DNA of 64,000 nucleotides from Deltaproteobacteria bacterium (GCA_029262375.1 JAJCZM010000026.1:40198-104197), one strand, 5' to 3'; shown: positions 20,085 through 32,539, counted from the stretch's first letter. The notes: generated by a model not told the origin, from the sequence alone. Program-made: numbers and translations.

Positions 20085-21071
20085 ATGGGCACGCTGATTC
20101 TGACGAGGGCGCAAGTCGCCGACTTGCTGGAAACCGAGGAAGTGGTTGAAGCTGTGGAGGTCGCCTTTGCGCGCCATGGCAGCGGATCGACGCGGATGCC
20201 GCCCAAGGTCTACCTACCGCTGCCCGAACACGCCGGCGACTTTCGCGCGATGCCGGTCTACTTCCCTGCCATCGACGGCACGGCCGCTTCCGCCGGCGTC
20301 AAATGGATAAACGCGCATCCCGAGAACCCCGCCCGCCATGGGCTGCCGTCCGTACTCGGCGTGTTCATTCTGAGCGATCCCGAGACGGGCCGCCCACTGG
20401 CGGTCATGGACGCGACCGAACTGACGGCCGCTCGCACCGGTGCCGCCGCTGCGGTCGCAACCAAATACTTGGCACCGCCCGGCAGCGACACGTTGACGCT
20501 GGTCGGTTGCGGAGCGCAGGCTCCCGCCGTGTTGGCGGCACACCTGGTAGTCATGAAACCGAAAGAGGTTCGCCTAGTAGATCGCGACGCAGCAGCCGTT
20601 CAGCGCATCGTCGCAGCATTCCCGGATCTCGCCTGTCGATCGGTATCGCTGGAAGAAGGCATGGCAGCGGATGTCGTGTGCACGATGACGCCGTCTCGCT
20701 CGGGGTTCATCGATCATGCGATGTTGTCGGGTGCGACACACATCAATGCGATGGGCGCCGACGCTCCCGGCAAGCAAGAACTCGATGCGGAGATCCTGCG
20801 CGATGCACGCGTATTTCTCGACGACATGGATCAGGCATCCAAAAGCGGCGAGGTGAACGTCGCTCTCGATAGCGGACTCATCACAATGGACGACCTGGCG
20901 GGAACTCTCGGAGAAGTCGTCGCGGGCAAGATCGTCGGTCGAGCGGAGGCCGCCACCACGGTCTTCGATTCCACTGGATTGGCCGTTCAGGACCTCGCGG
21001 TCGCCGATCGCATCTACGAAAAGGCGCGAATCGCGAAATGCGGCATCGAGGTGGATCTCGTCGGGGTCTGA
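20085..21071 (+). CDS. ornithine cyclodeaminase/mu-crystallin family protein
   Basis: Rossmann GCGAQA motif and OCD/mu-crystallin-like overall layout. It is divergent from the Prx-fusion gene. Confidence 0.8.
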   Translation: MGTLILTRAQVADLLETEEVVEAVEVAFARHGSGSTRMPPKVYLPLPEHAGDFRAMPVYFPAIDGTAASAGVKWINAHPENPARHGLPSVLGVFILSDPETGRPLAVMDATELTAARTGAAAAVATKYLAPPGSDTLTLVGCGAQAPAVLAAHLVVMKPKEVRLVDRDAAAVQRIVAAFPDLACRSVSLEEGMAADVVCTMTPSRSGFIDHAMLSGATHINAMGADAPGKQELDAEILRDARVFLDDMDQASKSGEVNVALDSGLITMDDLAGTLGEVVAGKIVGRAEAATTVFDSTGLAVQDLAVADRIYEKARIAKCGIEVDLVGV

Positions 21072-22766
<1,695 letters not shown>

Positions 22767-22783
22767 CACGGCCGTCCCAGCGT

Positions 22784-23314
22784 CTATCCGATCCGATCGA
22801 GCGCCTTCTTGTAGGTCGCGAGATCGTCGTCCGAAAACAACACGAAACGAACTTCGTCGTACGACTCGGGGTGTTTGGCCAGCATCGCTTTGACCGTCTT
22901 CAGTGCACGCTCCGCCGCTTCGTTCACGGGATAGCCGTACACGCCCGTGGAGATCGACGGGAACGCAACGGTGCGTAGACCGTGGCGTCGCGCGAGCTCC
23001 ATCGAATTTCGATAGCAGGCCTCGAGCGATTCGGGCTCGCCCGCCTCGCCGCCGTCCCAGACAGGACCCGCCGTGTGGATCACGGCTTTCACATTCATCT
23101 GCCCGCCGGTCGTCATCACGGCGGAGCCCGTCGGACATCCGCCCTGCTGCGAGCGCAGGCGTTCGCACTCCGCTGAAATGGCCGGGCCGCCTGCGCGGTG
23201 AATCGCTTCATCGACGCCGCCGCCACCCACCAACTCTTCATTGGCCGCATTTACAATCGCATCCACCGATTGCTCAGTAATATCGCCTTGAAGTAGTACC
23301 AGTTGTTCCGACAT
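22784..23314 (-). CDS. macro-domain protein (O-acetyl-ADP-ribose deacetylase-like)
   Basis: VNAANEELVGGGGVDEAIHRAGG macro-domain signature, 176 aa. Confidence 0.85.
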   Translation of the reverse strand: MSEQLVLLQGDITEQSVDAIVNAANEELVGGGGVDEAIHRAGGPAISAECERLRSQQGGCPTGSAVMTTGGQMNVKAVIHTAGPVWDGGEAGEPESLEACYRNSMELARRHGLRTVAFPSISTGVYGYPVNEAAERALKTVKAMLAKHPESYDEVRFVLFSDDDLATYKKALDRIG

Positions 23315-23495
23315 GCTCGCCTCCTCGTTTGGTCAGCCCGATCGCCCCTCGAACTCACGCTCCGGGATCCGCAGCTGTAGGCACGTGAGCTTGGTAATCT
23401 GCCACCGGCTTGCCCACGCACCACCTGGAAACATATTGTAGCGCAAAGCAGGGCCGCGGAACGACAATCCGTCCTCGAGGCCAGGTTCACCCTCT

Positions 23496-24119
23496 ATGAG
23501 CGCAGAAATCGTCCACCACGAACTCGATCTCGACCTCGCCATCCTGGCCCGTGCCGAGACTTCAGGAGAAAAAACCTTCCGGGTCTGGAGCGTGGAGGAT
23601 CCGGTCGTCGTCGTCGGTCGCTCGGTCGATGCCGCCATCGAGGTCAATACCGCCTTTTGTAGCCAAAACGGCATCCCCATCGTTGCGCGCCCCTCCGGAG
23701 GTCGCTCGGTGCTGATCGGCGCCGGCAGCGTTCAGTACGCCTTCGCGGCCCCGTACTCGCTGGCCCCCGAGCTGCAGTCCATCGCCGGCTCCAAACGGTT
23801 CTGCAATCGAATGCTACAAGCCGCATCGCCGGAACTTGCGGCCCTTACCGAGGACGAGAGCGGAGATTTAATGCACGACGATAGGAAAGTGGCAGGATTG
23901 GCGCTCAAACGCGGACGTTCGGCCATGCTCTTGCACGGAACGATTCTGGTCAACGCGGATCTCGAATTGATCGCGCAGGCGCTTCACCATCCGCAACGCG
24001 AGCCCGCGTATCGCGGCGGTCGCACACACCGCGAGTTCCTGGCGAACTTGGAAGAACTCGACACACGCCGCCTCAACGATCGAGTGAACGAGCTGATGGC
24101 GGAAACCGCGCAGGGCTAA
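23496..24119 (+). CDS. BPL/LPL catalytic-domain protein (lipoate/octanoate-protein ligase-like)
   Basis: HDDRKVAGLALKRGRSAMLLHGTILVN lysine-containing LplA/LipB-type motif. 207 aa with no accessory domain. Confidence 0.65.
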   Translation: MSAEIVHHELDLDLAILARAETSGEKTFRVWSVEDPVVVVGRSVDAAIEVNTAFCSQNGIPIVARPSGGRSVLIGAGSVQYAFAAPYSLAPELQSIAGSKRFCNRMLQAASPELAALTEDESGDLMHDDRKVAGLALKRGRSAMLLHGTILVNADLELIAQALHHPQREPAYRGGRTHREFLANLEELDTRRLNDRVNELMAETAQG

Positions 24120-24123
24120 GGGG

Positions 24124-24615
24124 CTAGCCGCAGCACTTCTTGAATTTCTTACCGCTGCCGCAGTGGCACGGATCGTTCCTTCCGATTCGAGGATCGCTGC
24201 GTCGAAAAGGCTCGCTCGGAGTCGGCGCGTGCCCATCGTGGAAGCGCCAGCTACCGTCAATTTTCTCGAACGCGCTGACCTCGTGATGCTCGCGATGCAT
24301 TCCACCGGCATCTTCGAAGCGAGCGACGAACTCGATCGCACCTTTTTCATCGCCCTCTTGTCCGGCTTCGACTTGGAGGATCTCCAATCCCAACCACGTG
24401 GATTCTTTCGCCCAAGCGCGAGCGCCCTTCTCATCGTACCCATCGACAGTGTCCGGATGATGGGTGCGCTTGACGAAATCCATTTGCTCGCATGTGTGTG
24501 CCGTGTAGCGCGCACGCATGAGTTGTTCAGCGGTCGAAGGCTCCTCGCCGTCGTGGAGGAAGCGACCGCAACAACGATCGAAATCGGTACCGGTTCCGCA
24601 GGGACATTCGCTCAT
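24124..24615 (-). CDS. YchJ-family protein with N- and C-terminal SEC-C metal-binding motifs
   Basis: N-terminal CPCGTG...CCGRF. C-terminal [16 protein letters not shown] (SEC-C). Confidence 0.75.
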   Translation of the reverse strand: MSECPCGTGTDFDRCCGRFLHDGEEPSTAEQLMRARYTAHTCEQMDFVKRTHHPDTVDGYDEKGARAWAKESTWLGLEILQVEAGQEGDEKGAIEFVARFEDAGGMHREHHEVSAFEKIDGSWRFHDGHAPTPSEPFRRSDPRIGRNDPCHCGSGKKFKKCCG

Positions 24616-24655
24616 AGTGTGGTCCTTTCGTAGGCCGGCATGCGTAGCAAGTCGG

Positions 24656-26626
24656 CTATTCCATCTCGGCGAGTTCGGCCTGTGCCGCTTCCCAACGCCC
24701 CATCAACTCTTCCAACTTCGAGGCGTCATCGCGATAGGAAGTCAGCAGCTCGCTATAGCGCTTCTGATCGTCATAGATCTCGGGCTTCGAAAGCTCCGTG
24801 CTGCGCGCCTCTTGGCTCTGTTCAAGTTGGGCGATGCGTTCTTCGAGTTCGGTAACCTTCGTCTGGTGCGCACGCACGCGTGCGGGATTGATGCGCTTAC
24901 GCACCGCCTTCGGCTGCGGCGTCGAGGTTACCGCGGTCGCGGCGTGCCCGTTCTCTTCGGCCGTCAGCGTATCCGCGCCGGTGGGCGCCGCGGTCGCGTC
25001 TTCGTTCATGGGCTCGCCGCGCCCGACGCAGTGGTCCATGTACTCTTTCAATGTGCCCGGAAACTCGACAACCGTGCCGCCGGATACGTCCCATATGCGA
25101 TTGGCCAGCCGGTTCACGAAGCTACGGTTGTGACTGACGAACATGATCGTACCACCGAACGTTTCGAGCGCGGCGGCCAGCGCTTCCGACGACTCGAGAT
25201 CGAGATGGTTCGTCGGTTCGTCCATCAGAATCAGATTGCCGGGGTCGACGAGGATCCGGGCCAATGCGACACGCGCTTTCTCGCCGCCGCTCAAGACCCC
25301 GATCAGCTTGTCGACGTCGTCGCCGCTGAACAGCATCGTACCGAGTGCGGTTCGCACCCTGGTAACGTCATCAACGGCACTGTGCCGCCAGATGTCATCG
25401 AAGATACTCGACCGAACATCGAGCTGCGCGGCAACGTGCTGCGCGTAATACGCGGGCTTCACGTTGTAGCCGAGCGTGGAAGCTCCGCCGGTCGGAGTCA
25501 GTTGCCCCGCCATGATTCGCAGGAGTGTAGTCTTGCCGTTACCGTTCGCTCCGACGATGGCGATGCGATCTCCGCGCCGCGCATTCAACGTCACGTCGGA
25601 GAACACCTCGCCGGAGCCGTAGTCGTACGCGACCGACTCGAGCTTGACGACGTCTTGACCGGCGCGCTCGCAGGGCGGAAAGCGAAACGTAAGAGACTTC
25701 GCTTTCTCGGGGAGGACGATCGCATCGAGCTTCTCGACGGCTTTGATGCGGCTCTGCACCGCCTTCGCTTTCGTCGCCTGCGCGCGAAAACGCGATATGA
25801 AACGCTCGGCTTGCTCGCGTTCTCGGGCGATATTGGAGGCCCGCTTCTCGAGAATTTCCAGTTCCTCGGCACGCGCAACGACATAGGCTTCGTAGTTGCC
25901 GCGGTAATTGCGTACGCCTTCGGTCTCGAACGACACAATACGCGACACCTGGTCGTTCAAGAATTCGCGATCGTGGCAGATCAACAGAAATGCGCCTTGG
26001 TAGCGACGCAGGAAATCACCGAGCCACGTCACCGACGGAACGTCGAGGTGATTGGTCGGCTCGTCGAGGAGCAGCACGTCGGGTCGCTGGAATAGCAATC
26101 CGGCGAGAACGGCGCGCATGCGCCAGCCGCCGCTGAGCGTTCCGATGTCCGCTTCCATGTCGCCGGCCTTGAAACCGAGCCCCTGAAGGATCGTCTCCGC
26201 GATATGTTCGCCGAACTCCGACTCGAAGGCGGCGAGGCGCTCGTGGAGATCGACGAGTCGCTGCGAGAGTTCCATCAACTCGTCCTCGTCGGTCGATGTC
26301 TCGAGATCAGACTGAACGGCCTGCATGTCGTGCTCGAGTTCGTCGCGGCCGGGAACGCTGCCGACCACGTAAGAAATGAGTGTCCGGCCGCTCAAATCGG
26401 AGAGTTCTTGCGGCAAATAGCCGATTCTCGACCCGCGCGAGTGGCGAATGCTCCCCGCCGTGGGATCGACGTTGCCGACGATCATCTTCAGAAGGGACGA
26501 TTTCCCCGAACCGTTGCGTCCGACCACACCGATTCGCTCCCCCGAATCGACGCGCGCGCTGAGCGACGAAAATAGGGTGCGACCGCCGTAGCCGAGCGCT
26601 ACGTCTTCGAGGACGACGAGAGACAT
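24656..26626 (-). CDS. ABC-F family ATPase (Uup/EttA-like translation factor)
   Basis: Two ABC cassettes ([10 protein letters not shown] and [10 protein letters not shown] Walker A; LSGG signatures) with no TMD. Coiled-coil C-terminal extension. Confidence 0.9.
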   Translation of the reverse strand: MSLVVLEDVALGYGGRTLFSSLSARVDSGERIGVVGRNGSGKSSLLKMIVGNVDPTAGSIRHSRGSRIGYLPQELSDLSGRTLISYVVGSVPGRDELEHDMQAVQSDLETSTDEDELMELSQRLVDLHERLAAFESEFGEHIAETILQGLGFKAGDMEADIGTLSGGWRMRAVLAGLLFQRPDVLLLDEPTNHLDVPSVTWLGDFLRRYQGAFLLICHDREFLNDQVSRIVSFETEGVRNYRGNYEAYVVARAEELEILEKRASNIAREREQAERFISRFRAQATKAKAVQSRIKAVEKLDAIVLPEKAKSLTFRFPPCERAGQDVVKLESVAYDYGSGEVFSDVTLNARRGDRIAIVGANGNGKTTLLRIMAGQLTPTGGASTLGYNVKPAYYAQHVAAQLDVRSSIFDDIWRHSAVDDVTRVRTALGTMLFSGDDVDKLIGVLSGGEKARVALARILVDPGNLILMDEPTNHLDLESSEALAAALETFGGTIMFVSHNRSFVNRLANRIWDVSGGTVVEFPGTLKEYMDHCVGRGEPMNEDATAAPTGADTLTAEENGHAATAVTSTPQPKAVRKRINPARVRAHQTKVTELEERIAQLEQSQEARSTELSKPEIYDDQKRYSELLTSYRDDASKLEELMGRWEAAQAELAEME

Positions 26627-26700
26627 GGCGCTAAGGTGTAGGGAGGAGTGTCGGCGGCTTCAAACCGCCAACACCGAGTCATCGCATGTGGAAGAAGTTT

Positions 26701-26735
26701 GTCTGGAGGCAAGGGTCTTCACCTTGCCTCCAGAC
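26701..26735. other. strong hairpin in the divergent intergenic region between the ABC-F gene and apaG
   Basis: gtctggaggcaagg-gtcttca-ccttgcctccagac is a perfect 14-bp stem. No adjacent T-run, so it is not a canonical terminator. Confidence 0.3.
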
Positions 26736-27016
26736 CTCGGCCGTTTTCTAGCAGCGGCCGTCGAGGCCGACCCTGAACGACGGCCTCATTCCAGGTAGGG
26801 TCGGGCCGCGGGCGAAGATCTCAGTCGGTCCTTCGTAGAAGTTGGATCAGGCTGCGGATGATCCACGCCCGGATCCATCGGACCGATACTTTGCGTGAAG
26901 ACCTTGCCGCAAGCGCGACGACTCCTGCCTAGTAGCGCAACGATACGCCCCCGCGTTTTATAGTGTCAAGAAGAATCGACTTGAACTCGCCCACCCGCTC
27001 GGGTTAACTCGCCGTC

Positions 27017-27409
27017 GTGTCGCAGACTGTATCCGCAACCACTGAAGGCGTACGCGTCGAAGTCATGTCGCTCTTCTTGCCTGAACAGTCCGACATCAGC
27101 GTAGACCGCTACGTTTTCGCCTACCGGATAACAATCTCTAATGAATCCGACTTGACGGTACAGTTATTGCGCCGTCATTGGTTCATTACTGAGGCAAATG
27201 GCGCGGTCCGTGAAGTAGAGGGTGAGGGGGTCGTAGGGGAGCAGCCTAGTATCGAACCGGGCGATTTCCACGAGTACACCAGCGGCGCGGTGCTCGAGCT
27301 ACCGGCAGGAAGCATGCGCGGGACCTACAAAATGCAACGCGAAGACGGCAGCGCGTTCGAAGCGCGCATTCCAGAATTCAAACTCTACATGCCGCGAACA
27401 TTACACTAG
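27017..27409 (+). CDS. apaG: ApaG (DUF525) protein
   Basis: 130 aa. GVVGEQP...PGDFHEYTSG motifs are typical of ApaG. Confidence 0.85.
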   Translation: MSQTVSATTEGVRVEVMSLFLPEQSDISVDRYVFAYRITISNESDLTVQLLRRHWFITEANGAVREVEGEGVVGEQPSIEPGDFHEYTSGAVLELPAGSMRGTYKMQREDGSAFEARIPEFKLYMPRTLH

Positions 27410-27455
27410 CGGCGTCATCGGCCGGCGGCCGGCACCCGTCACGAGCCGCCGCATC

Positions 27456-28814
27456 TCAAGCAAACGTGACGAACTCTTCGGCAGTAGACGGGTGGATTCC
27501 CACCGTCGCGTCGAAATCCGCCTTCGTAGCGCCGGCTTTCATCGCTACGCCTAGGCCTTGGATAATCTCAGGTGCGTCGTGTCCAATCATGTGGCAGCCC
27601 AATACACGATCCGTCTCGTTGTGCACGATCATTTTGATGAACGTGCGCACCTTCCGATCCGTGAGCGTGTGAATGAGAGGACCGAATCCAGCGCGGTACA
27701 CCGTCACACCGCTCTCGCCGTACTTTTCGATCGCTTGCTCGGTCGTGAGCCCGACGGTTGCAATCGGCGGCTCGGTGAACACAGCCGTCGGAATGTCGTC
27801 GTAACTCATCGTGGTGTTCCTATTTCCGAACAGGCGATCGGCCAGCGCCCTTCCCGCTTGGATCGCGACCGGAGTAAGCGGCGCACGCTCGGTTACGTCG
27901 CCGATCGCGTAGACACTATCGACTGCCGTCCGGTCATCGTCGGCGACCACAATCTCGCCCTTCGCGCCCAGTTCGATTCCGATCGCATCGAGTCCAAGAC
28001 CATCGACATCGGCACGACGGCCCACGGCGTAGACGACGGCGTGGTCTACGACCAGTTGCTCGGAGCCGCTGGGGCCCGTCAGCTCACAGGTCGTTGACTC
28101 GCCGTCTCGCGACAGTGAATCGACCGTGGTCTCTGTACGCACATCGACGCCGACCGCCCGCAGCGCGGCGAGCAGCTCGGTACGCAAGTCCTCATCGAAT
28201 CCGCGCAACGGACGATCTCGGCGGATGGCGAGCGTCACCTTTGTGCCCAAGCCGGCCATGATCGAGGCAAACTCTACCGCGATATAGCCGCCGCCGACGA
28301 TCAGTACGTGGCCCGGCTGTGTCTTCAGTTCGAAGAACCCATCGCTCGTGATCGCATGCTCGATCCCGCTTATGCGCGGCAGGATCGGACGACCTCCGGT
28401 CGAGATCAAAATGAATTTCGCACTCACCCGACGACCATCGACTTCAACCTCGTGGGCGGAGACCAGACGTGCACGCCCGCGCACGAGCTCGACACCGGCC
28501 TTCTCGAGATGACCTTCGTGAATGTGCTCGAGGTTCTCAACGGCCGCGTCACGCTTCGACACCAACGTAGACCAGTCGAGAGAACCGGTCTCGCTATGCC
28601 AACCGTAACCGGCGGCGTCGCCGTGGGCATGGCCATGCTCGGCTGCGTACACCATGAGCTTCTTCGGAATGCAGCCGCGGATGACGCAGGTCCCACCGAC
28701 GCGATCGCCCTCCGCGATGGCGACGCGCGCTCCGTAAGATGCCGCACGCTTGGAAGTCGCAAGACCGCCGCTACCGGCTCCGATGACGAATAGGTCGTAG
28801 TCGTATGTGCTCAT
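27456..28814 (-). CDS. glutathione-disulfide reductase-like FAD/NAD(P) pyridine-nucleotide-disulfide oxidoreductase
   Basis: FVIGAGSGG FAD site. Redox-active GGTCVIRGCIPKK. C-terminal HPSTAEEF dimerisation motif. Start at MSTYDYD. Confidence 0.8.
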   Translation of the reverse strand: MSTYDYDLFVIGAGSGGLATSKRAASYGARVAIAEGDRVGGTCVIRGCIPKKLMVYAAEHGHAHGDAAGYGWHSETGSLDWSTLVSKRDAAVENLEHIHEGHLEKAGVELVRGRARLVSAHEVEVDGRRVSAKFILISTGGRPILPRISGIEHAITSDGFFELKTQPGHVLIVGGGYIAVEFASIMAGLGTKVTLAIRRDRPLRGFDEDLRTELLAALRAVGVDVRTETTVDSLSRDGESTTCELTGPSGSEQLVVDHAVVYAVGRRADVDGLGLDAIGIELGAKGEIVVADDDRTAVDSVYAIGDVTERAPLTPVAIQAGRALADRLFGNRNTTMSYDDIPTAVFTEPPIATVGLTTEQAIEKYGESGVTVYRAGFGPLIHTLTDRKVRTFIKMIVHNETDRVLGCHMIGHDAPEIIQGLGVAMKAGATKADFDATVGIHPSTAEEFVTFA

Positions 28815-29040
28815 GATTTGTCCCTGCGTTCCCATCTGCGCCGCGGACTGCGAACGCCCATACATAGAGAGAACGTTTATCGGGCGCGCAGGTTACTAAC
28901 GCCAACCGCTGTGGGCCGACTCGAGTCCGGCGTTCGGCCGCCACGACAAAAAAAGCCCGCTAAAAAGCCCGCGATGTAACTTACATCGCGGGCTTTTCTA
29001 TTGAGCTGGCGGCGCATGATCGCGCGTGACGTGCTCGAGA

Positions 29041-29622
29041 TCAGTGACGTGTTTCTTCTGTCGGGGATTCGCAGTCGATGCAGTAGTACTGCTCACCGAG
29101 TTTGCGGTAGTCGTGAGTCATCTTCACAGACAACGCGAGCACGCGCGCCATGTCGCCGCGCTGACCGCGGCGATAGGGTGAGGCTGGGACGTCGAGATAC
29201 ACCAGCGCTTCATCTTCCTCTTCACCCGGCTCGACCTTGAAGACTCCGGGGAACTCTCCCGGGCGCGACGGCTGCGCACCGACGAGCGGCAAAACTGCAT
29301 TGATCAACGCTTGAAAACCTGGCGACATCGCCAACGCCTGTGCCTCACTCAATTCGGACACTGCCGGAAGCGTCGCATCGCCCGCCACTGTCTCTTCCTG
29401 CTCTGCTACTTCTTGCAACGCCAACTCGGCTATCTGCATCGCGGCGACACCGGGCTCGTCGAATCCAACTTCGTTCGACGGCTCGGTGACGTCGTTGGTC
29501 GCTTTCGAATCGCTTCGCTGGTTCGAATCGCTTCGCTGGCTGGAATCGCTTCGGGGCTGCGACTCGCCCTGCTTGTTGCAATCGTGCTCTTGCCGGTCCT
29601 GTTTTTGTCGACTCATGGTCAT
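29041..29622 (-). CDS. hypothetical acidic protein with SDS[SN]QR tandem peptide repeats and C-terminal CxxC
   Basis: Start chosen at MTMSRQ. Repeats RSDSSQRSDSNQRSDS. C-terminal YYCIDCESP. No family recognised. Confidence 0.35.
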   Translation of the reverse strand: MTMSRQKQDRQEHDCNKQGESQPRSDSSQRSDSNQRSDSKATNDVTEPSNEVGFDEPGVAAMQIAELALQEVAEQEETVAGDATLPAVSELSEAQALAMSPGFQALINAVLPLVGAQPSRPGEFPGVFKVEPGEEEDEALVYLDVPASPYRRGQRGDMARVLALSVKMTHDYRKLGEQYYCIDCESPTEETRH

Positions 29623-29910
29623 TTTCCTCGCGACGTCGCAATCGTCGCCGTGGTAGTAAAAGGTAAGCACGTTCCGGGCATCCGCAAGGAGCGCCAGGCG
29701 CGTTCTCGTTCACCTCCTACTGGGCGTTACTTTCATTGGATCGAGCAAACGTGCGAATTATTCACCTCAGTCCGCGTCGTAACGTTCGGCGTTCGCCATC
29801 GTAGAATGAGCGAGCGAGACAACTCCTCGGAACATTGCTCGGAAACCTCCTGGCAAAACTCCTCGCAACACTCCTCGAAAAATTCCCCAATAGATACCGC
29901 CGGAACATTC

Positions 29911-30744
29911 ATGAGAACGATCACCAGCCCTCTGCACGCTGTAGTCTTTGCAGTCACGATGTTCGCAGCTACTGCGGCCTTCGCCGACGAAACGTCTGCC
30001 ACCAACGAGTTCGATCACGCGCAGTGGGCAACGGTGCTGTCGCAGTTCACCATCGACGGCAACATCGACTACCGCCGACTCGCTCGCGAGCCCGACGCGT
30101 TGTCGCGATATTTGGAACAGCTCGAGGCGATCAAGCGTGACGATTTCGCAACGTGGTCGCGAGATGCCCGCATGGCGCTCTGGATAAACGCGTACAACGC
30201 CTACACCGTCCGATGGATTCTCGACCACTACCCGACCGAAGGGATTCTCGAGACGGTGCCGATCTGGCGCCGCGCACTCGGGGCACCGTTCAGCAATCGC
30301 TTCATCCCGCTGGCCGAGCTGGCGGCGGCGCAGTCAGGTGACGCGGCGGCGCAGCCGAATATTTCGCTGTCGGCCATCGAGCACGAAATCCTGCGAAAGA
30401 AGTTCAGCGAACCGAGGATTCATTTCGCGATCGTGTGTGCATCGAAGAGCTGCCCGAAATTGCGCGACCGGCCGTATACGTCCGCCGGCCTCGATTTAGA
30501 ACTGGACGAGAATGCACGAGACTTCCTCCGCGACCCCGCAAAAAACCGATATGACCCGGGCCACAATCGTCTGATCGTTTCCAAAATCTTCCGCTGGTTC
30601 GACGAGGATTTTGAGCCGGGCGGAGGAGCCCTCGGCTTTTATCGCCGATACGGGCCGGAAAGCACCGTTTCGGCCCTAGCCGCCTCGAGCGCTCCCGCCT
30701 CCGTAGAATACGGCGACTACGATTGGTCGCTGAACGGAAAATAG
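29911..30744 (+). CDS. DUF547 domain protein, secreted
   Basis: Signal peptide (VVFAVTMFAATAAFA). WINAYNAYTVRWI and IHFAIVCASKSCPKL are typical DUF547 motifs. Start at ATG 29911; the track ORF extends upstream and is probably spurious. Confidence 0.65.
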   Translation: MRTITSPLHAVVFAVTMFAATAAFADETSATNEFDHAQWATVLSQFTIDGNIDYRRLAREPDALSRYLEQLEAIKRDDFATWSRDARMALWINAYNAYTVRWILDHYPTEGILETVPIWRRALGAPFSNRFIPLAELAAAQSGDAAAQPNISLSAIEHEILRKKFSEPRIHFAIVCASKSCPKLRDRPYTSAGLDLELDENARDFLRDPAKNRYDPGHNRLIVSKIFRWFDEDFEPGGGALGFYRRYGPESTVSALAASSAPASVEYGDYDWSLNGK

Positions 30745-30788
30745 AAAAGCCCGGAGCCAATCGGCGACCGGGCGAGCTAGCGGACTAG

Positions 30789-30826
30789 CAAACTTGCAAA
30801 CTTGCGAACTTGCGAACTTGCGAGTT
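30789..30826. repeat. 8-bp tandem repeat (aacttgc[ag]) x4-5 downstream of the DUF547 gene
   Basis: gcaaacttgcaaacttgcgaacttgcgaacttgcgag. Confidence 0.6.
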
Positions 30827-31199
30827 TCGCCTTCAGCATCTCGCGCGCGGATGGAACGACCCGGAGGCCGTCTCCATCCGCGTGCGGATGTGCTGAAGGA
30901 GGCATGGCGTGCAGGAGTCAGCATGCCGAGCACCGACGGGTGCGCCAACCCGAACCCTCGAGACCAAAAGGGGGGAGACCAAATAGTCCCGATTCTCCTG
31001 GACTAGCGCAGCGCGTGGCCGACTCCCGGCTCCCCTCGAGGACGCGTCCCAAACAATGGCATCCCGCAAGCCCGCGATGAATCGAGGGATTTGTAGGCCG
31101 CGCCGCTCCACCTGATACGGCGGGCTTATTCTGAGCACCCGTCGTGAAAACCTAGGTTCTACCTACGAATCCCATACACCGAAGCCTCGAAATATCTCG

Positions 31200-31682
31200 A
31201 TGCGCCGAGGCCCCTTTGCATTGCGCCATTTCCTGCGGCAGCCAGGCGTCGTAGAGACTATGGAAAATATGGACAATCTGGCAGACCCCCGATTCGAGCA
31301 GACCGTGACCGCCTACTACGACGCCCTGAGCGCCGGAGATCAGCAGGCCTGGCTGGCGCTGTTTGCCGCCGACGCGACCAGCCACGACCCGGTAGGCACC
31401 CCACCGGCAGTGGGCAGCAAGGAGCTGCCGGAGATCTGGAACGTCAAGACTGCGCCGTTCGAGAAACTCACGGCGTCGGTGGAGTCCGCGTTCTTCGCCG
31501 ATACCGGAGCAGCCGTAAAGTGGAAGGCTGTCGCCACCAGCGCCGGCGGCGGCGGCGTCACGTTCGAAGGGATCTCCGTCTTCGAGTTCACCGAAGAAGG
31601 ACACATCCAAACAGTAATGGCTTATTGGGATCCGGCGGCTATGCTCATCGCACTCGCGGATAGCGAAGCCGCGGCCGAGTAG
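31200..31682 (+). CDS. SnoaL-like / NTF2-like fold protein
   Basis: About 140 aa. The VTAYYDALSAGD...WLALFAADATSHDPVG pattern is typical of SnoaL/ketosteroid-isomerase-like proteins. The start is probably internal (METMENM). Confidence 0.55.
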   Translation: MRRGPFALRHFLRQPGVVETMENMDNLADPRFEQTVTAYYDALSAGDQQAWLALFAADATSHDPVGTPPAVGSKELPEIWNVKTAPFEKLTASVESAFFADTGAAVKWKAVATSAGGGGVTFEGISVFEFTEEGHIQTVMAYWDPAAMLIALADSEAAAE

Positions 31683-31747
31683 TCACCGCGCCCGTTTAGC
31701 GCGCCTGCGAGTAGGTCGCTCTCACGACGCGCGCGAGTAGGCCCTTC

Positions 31748-32539
31748 TCACGACGCGCGCGAGTAGCGCGACATCGCAGACTCGCACAGGTCGTTGTAGC
31801 CGCACCATCCACACAACACTCCGGGCGTCGGGGGGAACACTGTCGCCTCTTCGGCCGTGTCGATACGCGCACTCAGCCGAACTTCGATCTCGTCTGCTTG
31901 AGCGCGCAGAACACGACGCCGCAATCGCGCGCCGGTTTTCAAGAAGTCCAATACCAGCTCGACCTCTTCCGCCTGCCCTTCGCGAAACATTGCCATCGCG
32001 TATGCTTCGAGCTGCTGCGCTTCCTTCCCTTCGAACTTCTTCGGAACTCGCGAGCCCGTCTTGTAGTCGATGATGTGCAAGAGACCGTCTTTGTCGGTCG
32101 CCAATCGATCGATGAATCCCTGGAACTTATGGCGCTCACCGACCGTAACCCGGAAATGGTGCTCGTTCGCAACGGTCGTCAAGCGATCGGACAAGAAGCG
32201 CTCACGATAGTAACGCGACAACATCTCCGCGCCGTTGCGTCGATAGGTTTCCATCGGTGTGCCGGTTTTGACCACACGAACGGGCGCTGAGCCATCGGCA
32301 ATGCGACGGTCCCATTCATCGCAGTAGTACGCGACCGACTGTTCGAGCGTGGGTCTGTTGCCGCCGTCGCGCTGCTGGAACATCCATTCGAGGGCCGAAT
32401 GCACTTGTGTGCCCATGAATCCCTCGACGCCCTGGAATCCTTCTTGGACTCCATCGAGATAACGGTAACGAAATCGTCGCGCGCATTGTTCGAAGGTCGT
32501 CACACGCGAGAAGCTGTAGGTTGAAGGATCGGGCGCCAT
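31748..32539 (-). CDS. PD-(D/E)XK nuclease family protein (Cas4/RecB-nuclease-like) with C-terminal Cys cluster
   Basis: IIDYKTG (D-x-K catalytic motif), an upstream EHHF (E motif), and C-terminal CGWCGYNDLC. Standalone, with no CRISPR context. Confidence 0.6.
   Translation of the reverse strand: MAPDPSTYSFSRVTTFEQCARRFRYRYLDGVQEGFQGVEGFMGTQVHSALEWMFQQRDGGNRPTLEQSVAYYCDEWDRRIADGSAPVRVVKTGTPMETYRRNGAEMLSRYYRERFLSDRLTTVANEHHFRVTVGERHKFQGFIDRLATDKDGLLHIIDYKTGSRVPKKFEGKEAQQLEAYAMAMFREGQAEEVELVLDFLKTGARLRRRVLRAQADEIEVRLSARIDTAEEATVFPPTPGVLCGWCGYNDLCESAMSRYSRAS

Noticed and set aside
29311-29910. N-terminal 200-codon extension of the DUF547 ORF
   Set aside because: The extension is Arg/Leu-rich with no signal peptide, and it overlaps the convergent gene 29041-29622. 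A good signal peptide begins at ATG 29911.
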